64,000 nucleotides of DNA. It comes from Nitrosopumilus sp. GTDB lineage: Archaea; Thermoproteota; Nitrososphaeria; Nitrososphaerales; Nitrosopumilaceae. Of the stretch, positions 39,367 to 49,124 are shown in pieces; the first letter of the stretch is position 1; each line of letters opens with the position of its first letter. The notes beneath the pieces were generated by a model that made no database searches, was not told the origin of the DNA, and was given only the letters and a program-made list of their open reading frames with translations. The stretch is taken from the NCBI GenBank assembly GCA_965205215.1, contig OZ242041.1:608001-672000 (forward strand), in the 5' to 3' direction. A program made the translations under genes and the position numbers.

Positions 39367-40995
39367 GTGGGAAGCGTCTTGTTGACAAATGGGGACAACT
39401 ACGCCATCTGTAGGTTCGACGACCAAGCGTCTGACCTAGACGTGGTCCAAAAATATCGGGTCGGACAGGCAGGGACAAAAGCTAGCGTCTTTATCACCAG
39501 TGACGGCCGCTACATCATAAGGGAGCCGCCCCTCACCATGCGTGCCGAGGCCGCGTACAGGCGGCTCATGCAGAATATACATCACTCCTTCACGTACCAG
39601 AACATATCCCACAATGATGTCATCCCGTTGCTAAAGCGCACGCTCGAAGAGGAGTCAAAGGCGACAAACGACTTTGAGGTGTGGAGGCGCGAAAAGGAGG
39701 CAGTCGAGTACTACCTGGTCCGCGATATAGCCGGATACGCCGAGCTCGACGTCCTGATAAGGGATCCGCACATAGAGGACATACTGTGCCTCCACTGGAA
39801 CAGGCCCGTGGCAGTCGTGCACCGCGAGCACCCCCACCACACCCTGCTGAGCACGAACGTGACATTCCAGACCGAATCGGCGCTGGAGCGGCTCATACAG
39901 AGGATATCCCAGAGGTACGGCGAGCCGCCCAGCGAGACCCGCCCCATGACCTCGTTTTCTGACGAGCGCGGCATACGTTACACGTTCACCGGAAACAGGA
40001 AGATCACGCCAGACAGCCCGACCGTATCCATCAGGAAGCCGTCAGTATCGGCCGTTACCATATGCCACCTGCTGCAGAGCGGCCTGCTCTCGGTACTGGC
40101 GGCCTCATACCTCTGGTGTATAATGGACCTCAAGGGGTTCGGCCTGGTGATCGGGGCGCCGTCCGCCGGAAAGACCACCATGATAAACGCCATATTCACC
40201 ATGTCAAACCCCAACTGGCACTATTTCACCATAGAGGACGTGCTGGAGCTGAAGGTGCCGCACCAGTATGTGAGCAGGCACCAGACCACCACGAACTCGT
40301 CGCTGCACGGGGAGCAGGGCGCGTCTGCAACGACATCCGGCGGCAGCGGCGGCGCGGGAGGCGCGGCAGGCTTTGGCGTCTTTGACCTGTGCAGGCTGTC
40401 GATGAGGTTCCGCCCCGACTTTGTGGTGGTGGGCGAAATCCTCGGCCGGGAGGCCGACGGCCTGTTCCAGGCAGCTGCGTCCGGCTCCGGGTGCATGTGC
40501 TCGTTCCACGCCAGCAGCGCGGAGCACGCCCTGACAAGGCTGGAGGCGCCCCCCATCTCGCTTTCCAAATCCCAGACAAACCTGCTCACGTACGTCCTGC
40601 ACATGTCATGGGTGCTGCACGACAACAAGAGGCAGCGCAAGCTCATATCGATTACGGAGGTCTCCACGGGGCAGGACGGCGGCCCCGCGACGGGCGCGTC
40701 GTGCGCGGCCGGCACGGGTACAACAACCAACAACAGCAACCCCGACTCCCGGAAGGCGCTGAACACCCTGTTCTGGTACGACCCCGAGCAGAACCGCGTC
40801 ATGCCAGACAGCCTGGACGAGATCATAGAAAGGAGCGCCGTCCTGCCGCGCATGAAGGTCATGCTGGGCGTCGACGACATCAGATGTGACATGGAGCGCC
40901 GCATGGGCATCCTAGAGCGCATACGCGACGACAACATTACCGAGGTGTCCCGGATACACGACGCGATAAACGGCTTTTACCATTCCGACCCCTGA
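39367..40995 (+). CDS. type II/IV secretion or pilus assembly ATPase (TadA/FlaI/VirB11 family)
   Basis: 'DPHIEDI', 'SIRK', Walker A 'GAPSAGKTT', 'TIEDVLEL', 'RPDFVVVGEI', 'SFHA'. Confidence 0.92.
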   Translation: MGSVLLTNGDNYAICRFDDQASDLDVVQKYRVGQAGTKASVFITSDGRYIIREPPLTMRAEAAYRRLMQNIHHSFTYQNISHNDVIPLLKRTLEEESKATNDFEVWRREKEAVEYYLVRDIAGYAELDVLIRDPHIEDILCLHWNRPVAVVHREHPHHTLLSTNVTFQTESALERLIQRISQRYGEPPSETRPMTSFSDERGIRYTFTGNRKITPDSPTVSIRKPSVSAVTICHLLQSGLLSVLAASYLWCIMDLKGFGLVIGAPSAGKTTMINAIFTMSNPNWHYFTIEDVLELKVPHQYVSRHQTTTNSSLHGEQGASATTSGGSGGAGGAAGFGVFDLCRLSMRFRPDFVVVGEILGREADGLFQAAASGSGCMCSFHASSAEHALTRLEAPPISLSKSQTNLLTYVLHMSWVLHDNKRQRKLISITEVSTGQDGGPATGASCAAGTGTTTNNSNPDSRKALNTLFWYDPEQNRVMPDSLDEIIERSAVLPRMKVMLGVDDIRCDMERRMGILERIRDDNITEVSRIHDAINGFYHSDP

Positions 40996-41229
40996 TACCG
41001 AAGGACATGCATATTACCGGCCGGGCCGTACACAGCAGAGATCACATCCCCGTGTGATCGCAGGAGGGCAGGACTCCGCATCGGCGCGGATCTGCCTTCC
41101 CGTCCTCAGTATCGTCGTTCGCGCTCTGGCACATGTCAGGATACCGGGCGGGGGATGTGCGCAAGTTTGCAGTAGTGATGAATCCACCGTATTCCATAAT
41201 AATACTACTTTTATGCTCAGCATCCACCC

Positions 41230-41820
41230 ATGTACGATATCCATGTCGCGCGCATACATAACATGCAACTGCCGCCATTCAGGAGGGACGCCGCGGTGAC
41301 GCGGGACTCCAAGAAAGGCCCGGATGACGCCGGCGGGCCGTCCAGGGCATACGTCGACACGCACTATTTTCTTTCGGTGATATTTGAGGAGGATGTCGCG
41401 TGCGATGCCAGGCGCCTGTTCTACGCGCTGCGGAACCGTAGCTACCGCGTGCTCGTACCCCAGCTGGTTCTGGGAGAGATTAGCGCGAAAATCCTGGAGA
41501 AGACCGGCGCGGACATACTGCCTGATCGCCTTCAAAAGTACGCCTCCCTGTTCTCCGATTACGGCATCGACCACTCGTGCCTTCCCGGAGTCGGCAGGCA
41601 CGTGCCGCAATGCATGTCGGAACTGCAGGAGATCGACGGCCAGATAGACCCGAACGACGCGCTGATCGTGTCCCAGGTCCTGGCAGATCCCGACTCCAAG
41701 TTCTTCTTCACCAACGACGCAAAAATGCTGGACAACCAAAGGATCCGGGAGTACGAGTCCAAACTGCGCGGGACAAACCGAAGAAACACCCGGCTAAAGA
41801 TCATAGACTGGCTAGACTAG
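41230..41820 (+). CDS. PIN-domain (VapC-like) protein
   Basis: 'AYVDTH', 'LVLGEI', 'DPNDALIV', 'FTND'; start uncertain. Confidence 0.8.
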   Translation: MYDIHVARIHNMQLPPFRRDAAVTRDSKKGPDDAGGPSRAYVDTHYFLSVIFEEDVACDARRLFYALRNRSYRVLVPQLVLGEISAKILEKTGADILPDRLQKYASLFSDYGIDHSCLPGVGRHVPQCMSELQEIDGQIDPNDALIVSQVLADPDSKFFFTNDAKMLDNQRIREYESKLRGTNRRNTRLKIIDWLD

Positions 41821-42285
41821 CCTCAGCTCTTCCAGCTTGCGGAGCACGCCCGAGATGTACCCGGGCTCGGGCTCGTCCTTGAAGCTCTTGACGCGCCTGA
41901 CAAGATCCTTCCTGTCCGCACAGTGGGGTTTTCTCTCAATCAGCGTGGCCGCAATCTCAAGCCACTTGTCGGTCCTGTCCCTTATGGCGCGCAGGAACCC
42001 GTCCGCGTCAAACGAGCCGTCAAGCCTTCCGTCTGCCCGCTCGTATTCGGTCCGGTTTCGCGCCAGATCATAGTAGTCGCTTGTGAGCGTCTTTGAATAG
42101 GGGCCGCAGAGGTAGATGTCGTACTCGTATGGCATCTTGAACCCCATATTCTTTGCCAGAAACACGTACTTTTGGATCCTGAACCGGTTTGAAAACTCCT
42201 CGTCACCGTCACCAATCACGTCAAACCGCACCAGCCCCCTGTCCTCCAGAAACCTGATAAAATTTGCCAGTGCGGGTTTTTCCAT
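41812..42285 (-). CDS. Panacea/YwgA-like antitoxin-domain protein
   Basis: 'RFRIQKYVFL...YDIYLCGPYSKTL...WLEIAATL'. Confidence 0.75.
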   Translation of the reverse strand: MEKPALANFIRFLEDRGLVRFDVIGDGDEEFSNRFRIQKYVFLAKNMGFKMPYEYDIYLCGPYSKTLTSDYYDLARNRTEYERADGRLDGSFDADGFLRAIRDRTDKWLEIAATLIERKPHCADRKDLVRRVKSFKDEPEPGYISGVLRKLEELRLV

Positions 42286-42530
42286 TGTATGATAAGCGGT
42301 GACGTATCTGTTAAGCGTTGCCGTTGTGCCCTGCATGAGGCACGGGCTTTCACCACCGGCGGCGGGCCGGATGGCAGCGGTGGGCCGCGCAGGCGTCACC
42401 GTGGTGCCGTCCCAGCGGCGGGCCCGGGTTCCGCTGCTGCTGCCGCCCCCGCCGCCACGGCGGCCGCCCCCGCCACCACTGCAGCCCGCCCGACATCTGC
42501 GCCTTTTATCCCGCCCGCGTACCTGATACC

Positions 42531-44006
42531 GTGAAGGACAGGCCCGCGTTCCTGTTGCAGGGACCCGCAATACTGGGCATGATGCTGCTCGGCTTTGTGG
42601 TGTACGTGGGGGTGATGACCGCGTTTACGGGCGTCATACAGGGCAGCCTGGCAGACGCCATAACCGAGGTTCCCACCATGCACGCGTACGATATGGACGG
42701 CAAGCGCGTCGCGGTCATATCAGAGGAGGTCGCGGCGGCCGCGCAGCCGCATATAGAGCGCCGCGACGAGCTGCGCAGGCTCTCGGCCATACACATGCAG
42801 AACGCCGACTACGAGGCGCTGACGCAGGCGGACGGGGAGATCGACGCCATAAACGGGGAGCTGCTAAGGATGGGATACCACGATGTAGACAGCGGCATCG
42901 CGGCCATGTACTGGTGGTTTGCATACCCCGCGGCCGCCATACTGGCCGCGATGATAATATTTTCGGGCGCGGGCCACTTCTGGGAGAAGGGGCTCGGCAT
43001 ATGGCGCCGCGGCACGTCCCTTGAGATGTTCCGCGCGTCGGTCTTCGGGCTGGTGGCGATATTCCTGGTGCCGGAGGTGTGGGATACGTTTGCCATACAC
43101 ATGACGGAGTTCTCCAGATATATGATGAACCCGGGGGGCGACCCGCGTACAGTAATCGACTCGCTCTGGTGCAAGATGGGGGCCTCGGCCGCGTGCATGT
43201 TCGACTTTGCAGGCGTCCTCGACCCCGTGTCGTGGAGCACGGCCCTTGCCAGCCCCAACGACTTTGGCCAGAGCCTGATGGGCGAGGTGTTCATGCCGTT
43301 CTTCAAGCTGATGCCCGCACTGGTGGTGTCGCTTGTCGTGTTCGTGACGGCAAAGGTGCGCGTGCTGTTCATCAGCATCGTGCTGATCACGCTGCCGATG
43401 TGGCTGGTATTACGAAACGTCCCGTACCTCAAAAAGCACGCCAAGAACATGGTGGACAACATGGTGGGCGCCTCGTTTGCGCCGTTCCTCTCGGCGGTCA
43501 CGCTGTACGTGGGCTGGACCCACGTCTCAAACGCGCCCATGCCGTCACTCGAGGAGTGGGTCTCCGTGCTTGGAATCGTCACGCTCGCGGGCCTCTGGCC
43601 CCTGATTTTGGCGCCGTTCCTGAGCAACGTGACGGGATCCATACAGGGCGCGGTGCAGACCGCGGTCATCAGCAGCAGCACCATGGCCATGCAGATCGGC
43701 ATGGGGGGCGCGGTGGGCGCCGCGAGCGGGGCCGGCGGGGCGGCGGCGGGCGCCGCGAGCGGGGCCGGCGGGGCGGCGGCGTCAGGCGGGCTCGGCGGCC
43801 CCCTCAGGGGTCTTGCCATGGGCGCGGGCCGGGGCGCGGTCGGGAGCATGCCTGCAGTCGACGAGCTGATGAAGGGCGCCAAGAACAGCGGAATGCTCGG
43901 GGGGACGGGTTCCGGCAGTGACGGCGGCGCGACCGGGGGCAGTCCGGCCGCCGGCGACATGCCGGGCGACCCTGCAGCCAGCCAGCCCGGCAGGGGCGTA
44001 ACGTAG
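42531..44006 (+). CDS. VirB6/TrbL-like polytopic membrane protein
   Basis: Multiple TM helices followed by a Gly/Ala-rich low-complexity tail, as in TrbL/VirB6. Confidence 0.65.
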   Translation: MKDRPAFLLQGPAILGMMLLGFVVYVGVMTAFTGVIQGSLADAITEVPTMHAYDMDGKRVAVISEEVAAAAQPHIERRDELRRLSAIHMQNADYEALTQADGEIDAINGELLRMGYHDVDSGIAAMYWWFAYPAAAILAAMIIFSGAGHFWEKGLGIWRRGTSLEMFRASVFGLVAIFLVPEVWDTFAIHMTEFSRYMMNPGGDPRTVIDSLWCKMGASAACMFDFAGVLDPVSWSTALASPNDFGQSLMGEVFMPFFKLMPALVVSLVVFVTAKVRVLFISIVLITLPMWLVLRNVPYLKKHAKNMVDNMVGASFAPFLSAVTLYVGWTHVSNAPMPSLEEWVSVLGIVTLAGLWPLILAPFLSNVTGSIQGAVQTAVISSSTMAMQIGMGGAVGAASGAGGAAAGAASGAGGAAASGGLGGPLRGLAMGAGRGAVGSMPAVDELMKGAKNSGMLGGTGSGSDGGATGGSPAAGDMPGDPAASQPGRGVT

Positions 44007-44175
44007 CGTCCGGCAACTGGATGGCCTCATTCAGGCAAGAGCGCGCCACCCGGTTACGGGAACACGCGTCCCGTGGTCGGATGGCGGCCGTTCCATCCTC
44101 CGCCAGCCGGCAGAGTTGCCATCCGTTCAGCAGCAGCGGCGCCCCGCAGCCAAGATTAATAGCGCAGGGGGGCGC

Positions 44176-44679
44176 ATGCACGCCATGCCCGCAGTACCGG
44201 CACTTGCCACCCCACAGCGGAGGACCCCCAGCTACTGGTACGAGAAGGGCCTCCCGCGCTCCGACCTCAAGACGGACCAGGGCATCAAAACCCAGGACAT
44301 ATCGTACTTTAAGGTGGACGGAAAGATATCGGTCGGCCTGAAGAGAAAAGTGCCAATAGACTGGCCGCGCGCAAGATCCGAGATAACGGGCCTTGGCTTC
44401 GGCGGCCATAACCACTTTATCGGGTTTGAGAATAACAGGACGCTTGAGATGGTACAGTTTGCGCGCTACGAGGCGGACGACTGGTATGCCGACGTACCCA
44501 TCGACAGCAGGAGAAGAGACTGGCAGGGGTTTGTATGGGGATGCCGCGCCGACACGGAATCAGTGCTGAACACAGCGGGACTGTTCTTTGAGGAACTCCC
44601 CTGGTTTGACTCGCTCCCGTTTACAATGCGCAGGGTGTCAGACTGGAAAAAGTATGCGGGACGGGACGCGTCAGCGTAG
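44176..44679 (+). CDS. hypothetical protein
   Basis: ORF with globular composition and a TTAATA box upstream. Confidence 0.6.
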   Translation: MHAMPAVPALATPQRRTPSYWYEKGLPRSDLKTDQGIKTQDISYFKVDGKISVGLKRKVPIDWPRARSEITGLGFGGHNHFIGFENNRTLEMVQFARYEADDWYADVPIDSRRRDWQGFVWGCRADTESVLNTAGLFFEELPWFDSLPFTMRRVSDWKKYAGRDASA

Positions 44680-45335
44680 CGGCATGCAAAAAACGGCATC
44701 AAGGGTACTGGTGCAAATTCGTGATATGGAATCTAGGCACATCCGCAGGCACGACGCAATCAGCAAGATGCCCACCGAGGCGGCAGACATTGTAACCGAG
44801 GGCGCCCAAATGGAAACCCATCATTCAGAACAGCAGCCTGTACCTCATGGCGACTAACCAGAGGGTCTGACAATCATCACTCGAACATCTTTCTCAGTTT
44901 GTTCTTAAGGGCTATCACTTGTTGTTCGTCATTCAGATCTGGCAATGGGCCAAACCTATTCATCGTAGGCATCGAACACATAAGATGAATTTCCAGTATG
45001 ATGCACTCTATCATCGTATCTAGTATGTCTGCCTGTCTTCGTGGCGTAGAGCGTTGCTAAATTCTACACAGTTGCCAAGTTTTCGACGCAGGATCTCTTC
45101 AAATTCTGGTGACATGGGCGGGACTTCCATACACCGCAGGACGAGATTTACCGTATTTTAGCATTGACCTTTGTGCTTTTGGAGCCGTCTGCTTTCAAGG
45201 CATGTAAGCCAGCCCATGTCTTTTCAGCCAGTGTTACAAACTCACTTTCTACACATGGATCGACTACCTTGTTCTTCATATCCGTGACTATATGTGGCGC
45301 GATAAATATCTTTCGACGGGCCGTGCCTATCGCGA

Positions 45336-45776
45336 CTAAACGGCATCAAATATCTTGGAGAATGTCTTGTCCAGTTCGGGCTTGACAGCATCCAGCAGGA
45401 CCGCGAGGTGCTTCGACAAGTCCTCCCTTCTCGCCATCCCTTCTTGCTGTAAAAGATACAGCTCGGTGAGTGTAATAGTGGTATCCCCGCAGTTCTTGAA
45501 CGTGCCTTCGATGAACGGGAGGCCGACATCTATGCCGTTTATGAACCGGGGGCTGAACATCCTGCGCAGTTCGGGCTCAACCTCGTACAGCATGATCAGG
45601 TCTCGGTACGGGACGTCCACCCTTTTCACCAGCCCGCATCTCAGAAAGATGTACAGGTCGAGGAGGCTGAATACGTGGTAGTCATGTCCGGGCAGAAACG
45701 TGTTCTGGATGAGTTTGGCGTCGACATCGATGCCGTTTATGGTTCTGTGATTTGTCATAAAAAAGTAGTATGCCAT
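45336..45776 (-). CDS. hypothetical protein with an internal tandem duplication
   Basis: 'INGIDV...TF...LxxLY' occurs twice. Confidence 0.65.
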   Translation of the reverse strand: MAYYFFMTNHRTINGIDVDAKLIQNTFLPGHDYHVFSLLDLYIFLRCGLVKRVDVPYRDLIMLYEVEPELRRMFSPRFINGIDVGLPFIEGTFKNCGDTTITLTELYLLQQEGMARREDLSKHLAVLLDAVKPELDKTFSKIFDAV

Positions 45777-45910
45777 TTACGGTTTATAACTTTGGCGGGT
45801 TTCAGAGAAGATCACACCCAGCTCACGAATTGGCACAAGTACCTTGCATGGCATGACATAATAACAAGAAGTACTCACGTGTAGCGATGGCAAAAGCCAG
45901 TAAAGGATCA

Positions 45911-46007
45911 GCCGGATGGCCTAGTAAGACCGGCAATCCCTCCGGAAAGGGAAGGGACAACAACAACTAGCAGGGTGCTTTTATCCCCCCCGTAAGGGGG
46001 GCACCCT
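45911..46007 (+). ncRNA. candidate structured RNA (three hairpins)
   Basis: Stems GCCGG/CCGGC, TCCCT/AGGGA and AGGGTGC/GCACCCT; the last encloses CCCCC-GTAA-GGGGG (GNRA loop). Confidence 0.3.
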
Positions 46008-46177
46008 TTCCAGCAATCAACCTCATGACATCTGAGATCACGTCTAGTCCGTGCCTGACTATACTCAAGTATGTAATTCCCAAAATATTTGAGACTGTTT
46101 GAAAGATGGTGTGGCATGCAGGAGGGCCAATCTGCCCTACTTTTCAGGATGGCCGCCGGTTCCCGGCGGCGGCAAAG

Positions 46178-46224
46178 GCAGGTCACCGTTTTGACAGCGG
46201 ATTACAGGTCACCAGTTCTTGACA
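46178..46224. promoter_or_regulatory. third copy of the bipartite CAGGTCWCC..TTGACA motif, upstream of a TATA box
   Basis: GCAGGTCACCGTTTTGACAG...CAGGTCACCAGTTCTTGACA, then GATATAAG at about 46245 and ATG at 46274. Confidence 0.55.
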
Positions 46225-46273
46225 ACACCCCGCATCAAGAAAAGGATATAAGGTACAGTACGGTACATGTAAC

Positions 46274-47248
46274 ATGCCCATAATACTGCAGAGGGGCGAG
46301 ATGATGGAGTCCCAGCACAAGATAAGCACCAGGTTTGGCGGCGGCACGCTGCACGTCACAAACAGGGCCCTGATAATCGAGATCAAAAAGAGGGGGATCC
46401 TGTTTCACAGGCTGCACAGCCAGATGTCCGGCATAAGGGCAAGCGGGCTCAGAAAGATAAGGCTGCTGTGGCCCGAGGGCTCCAGCCTGTTTGACTTTGA
46501 GTTCAAGGCGTGGGGCGCCGGAGGCATCGTGCGCGCCATCCGCGAAAGGCACGACTATGCGGAGAACTACTCTCTTGACGGCGTCACCAGAATAATATTT
46601 ACAGAAAAGCAGAGGAAAGGGGCGCGCAGGGACCGCGAAGAGTGGGCGGCCAGACAGCTGCGCGGCGCTGAGTGTGGAGACGACGGGCAGGCAGCCGAGA
46701 TGTGGAGGCAGCTGCTGCTCGACGTGTACGGCATACCGTGCAGCCGCTCCGTGCGGATACCGGGCCGAGTGGGGAACCACCTGTGCTGGAACGACTCCTG
46801 GCTTGACGGAAAATACGCGTACACGTTCAACCGCTACTGGCTGAGCGGTCGCTTCCCAAAGGCCCCGGTGCGCGGGGGCGGGACGGACCCGGAGACCGGG
46901 GCGTACCGCATCCCGGTCGGGCACGTGCGGTTCTTTCACGGGCACCCGTACGTCCGGGGCGACGCCTTTGCGGACCCGGTGTACGAGCAGGGGTTCCTGA
47001 TCCCGACCATGCTGGAGTCCGTGCTTGACGACGAGATTATGGCGAGGCGGTACAGGCCGCTCGACAGGCTCAAGACGGGGGTCGGGATGGACTCGGTGAG
47101 ACCCATCGCCATACTGGGGTACCTCAACGACCCGAATGAGGCCGTTCCCGGCAGCGGCAGCGGCGGCCCGCTCACCAGGACAGAGTCGGGGTTTCTACGC
47201 GGGCACGGCCTCGTGCCCGACGAGGAAACCCGGCAGTCCGGACGATGA
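46274..47248 (+). CDS. hypothetical protein with a PH-domain-like N-terminus
   Basis: 'GGTLHVTNRALIIE' resembles the GxLxxTxxRL strand of bacterial PH domains. Confidence 0.6.
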   Translation: MPIILQRGEMMESQHKISTRFGGGTLHVTNRALIIEIKKRGILFHRLHSQMSGIRASGLRKIRLLWPEGSSLFDFEFKAWGAGGIVRAIRERHDYAENYSLDGVTRIIFTEKQRKGARRDREEWAARQLRGAECGDDGQAAEMWRQLLLDVYGIPCSRSVRIPGRVGNHLCWNDSWLDGKYAYTFNRYWLSGRFPKAPVRGGGTDPETGAYRIPVGHVRFFHGHPYVRGDAFADPVYEQGFLIPTMLESVLDDEIMARRYRPLDRLKTGVGMDSVRPIAILGYLNDPNEAVPGSGSGGPLTRTESGFLRGHGLVPDEETRQSGR

Positions 47249-47426
47249 CCTTTCCCGCGTCCGGGGGCGCTGCCAAAAGAATGCACGTCCTTGGCCGGGA
47301 TCCCTGCGCCGGGCGCGCCCCGCTGGCACGGACGTGCCTGCACGGGCCTCACCCCCAAGCCCCGATCATCTCTGAATTCCACCACAGACAGATATTCATA
47401 AATTGCAGCGCGGAGATCGTTTATTC

Positions 47427-47837
47427 ATGGCCGCCATAACCACATACACGGTGCCCGAGGTCATCGGCATGGCAAGGCGCGCAGGACTCGGCGAGGTTGC
47501 GGACCGCATAGACTACCTGTACAAGCTTCCGCTGGAGAACGGCGCCGACCCGATGGATCCGGACTCTGCAAGGTCGCTCGTGTCCTTTCTGATAAAGCAC
47601 CACCAGAAACTGCCAGAGACCGGAATAACGCTGAACCCCGAAGGGCACGTGCACGGAGAATGGATATTTACCAAAGACAGCGACATAGCCGCCCAGTTCC
47701 TGCCATCCGGGGACGTCTGGTTCATACATTCGGCCAGAGACCGGGATACCGGATCCTTCAGGATGCGGGAGAAGGGGACGGTGGCGCCGGAGGACATGCT
47801 CAAAAAGATCATGCCGCTTGTCAACAGTGCGATGTGA
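47427..47837 (+). CDS. hypothetical protein (putative antitoxin partner)
   Basis: 'ITLNPEGHVHGEW' motif; ends 3 bp before the next gene. Confidence 0.6.
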   Translation: MAAITTYTVPEVIGMARRAGLGEVADRIDYLYKLPLENGADPMDPDSARSLVSFLIKHHQKLPETGITLNPEGHVHGEWIFTKDSDIAAQFLPSGDVWFIHSARDRDTGSFRMREKGTVAPEDMLKKIMPLVNSAM

Positions 47838-47840
47838 GCC

Positions 47841-48281
47841 ATGATCGATGTCAACCGCCTCGGCTTTTTAGCCCGGTACTGCGGTCCGGGTTCCATCAGG
47901 GACGGCATACCACAAGAAAACGCCTTTTGGATTCGTTCTGTCGAGAAATACCTATCCGTCAACATCCTGCCAGAGGATCTGGGGGTGGAGGCGGGGCTTG
48001 CGCAGGTCAGAAAGATACTCGCCAGAAAGGAATACGATGCAAACCAAAACGGCAAATTTGCCGTCTTCAACGCGGGGCGCATCATACAATACATGAGCGA
48101 ATACGAAGGCATGGATGTACAGATAAAGCACAGGCCTTCGCGCAATGATCCCACCCATGCGGGCATCGCGCCTGCAGGCACATACAACGCGAGCGCATGG
48201 TACGAGTCAACGCGTACCATGGCGCGGGCGCTGACAAAGTTCTTCGGGGAAAACCCCGACTCCGTATACCCCGTGCCCTGA
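47841..48281 (+). CDS. hypothetical protein, possible ART/RES-like toxin
   Basis: 'AF...YLSVN...DPTHAGI' pattern. Confidence 0.5.
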   Translation: MIDVNRLGFLARYCGPGSIRDGIPQENAFWIRSVEKYLSVNILPEDLGVEAGLAQVRKILARKEYDANQNGKFAVFNAGRIIQYMSEYEGMDVQIKHRPSRNDPTHAGIAPAGTYNASAWYESTRTMARALTKFFGENPDSVYPVP

Positions 48282-48432
48282 ACCGCACACCGTCACTGCG
48301 CGGCGATCCGGATTCTCCTGCCTGCAGGACTCGTACCCGCACCCTGCGGGATCCTCTGGCCAGTACGGACTTGTGCGTGGCCAGCCTCTGGCTGGCGATA
48401 AAAAAATAATAAAAAAAGTGGGATGCCGCAGG

Positions 48433-48945
48433 CTACTGCGGCGATATTACCTTGGTCTGGGAGTACTGGCCCCCGCCGGCAATGTCGGCCCTGACCTCGA
48501 CCAGGTACTTTTGGCCGATGGTGAGGCGGTGGTCCATGTCGTTCTCCACGCTCGCGGTCTGGTTTGCCGAGCGGTCCTCCGTATCCCCGACGAAGATCTT
48601 TTCGTTTACGGTGGCCGTGACCCCGGAGTGTATGCCTGCGGGCTCAAACGCGGCTATGAACAGGTCGTCCTCGTCCACGCTCTTGTCGTTAATGTCAAGC
48701 GTGACTATGACCACTGCGTTGCTGATGTCCGTGTTGCCGGAGTTCTTGATCATGCCCGTGATGTACGAGGTGGTGCCCGTGTTCTGGATGTTGAGCCGCT
48801 TTATCTCCACCGCATCCAGGACCAGTCCGGTCGTTACGATGTCGGTGGTGGTTGTGGCCAGGATGCCCCCGATCGACACCACTATACCGATCAGTATTAT
48901 GGTGACGATCATCCCGGAGATGGCCTGGCGCGGTTGGTTCTTCAC
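48433..48945 (-). CDS. archaeal type IV pilin (class III signal peptide)
   Basis: GTG start gives 'MKNQPRQA|ISGMIVTIILIGIVV', followed by 'IKNSG'. Confidence 0.8.
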   Translation of the reverse strand: MKNQPRQAISGMIVTIILIGIVVSIGGILATTTTDIVTTGLVLDAVEIKRLNIQNTGTTSYITGMIKNSGNTDISNAVVIVTLDINDKSVDEDDLFIAAFEPAGIHSGVTATVNEKIFVGDTEDRSANQTASVENDMDHRLTIGQKYLVEVRADIAGGGQYSQTKVISPQ

Positions 48946-49124
48946 GCCGCGTACCGCTCGGTTTGTATAAAAGGGGAGGGGATGCTCGACGCTGGCGCCC
49001 CCGGGTGCCGGCGCATACCGTGGTGCCTGCCCATACGCGACAAAGACAGCCACGTCTGCCGAACGGCCATAGTACCTAGCGCAGTTTTGAATTTTTTTAT
49101 AGTATAATATGTGCAATATCTGTC

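Noticed and set aside
45890-46010. SAM-I riboswitch (GACCGGCAA...GGTGC resemblance)
   Set aside because: The AUCxAGAG core and P1 helix are missing and there is no methionine-related gene downstream. Kept only as a generic structured-RNA candidate.
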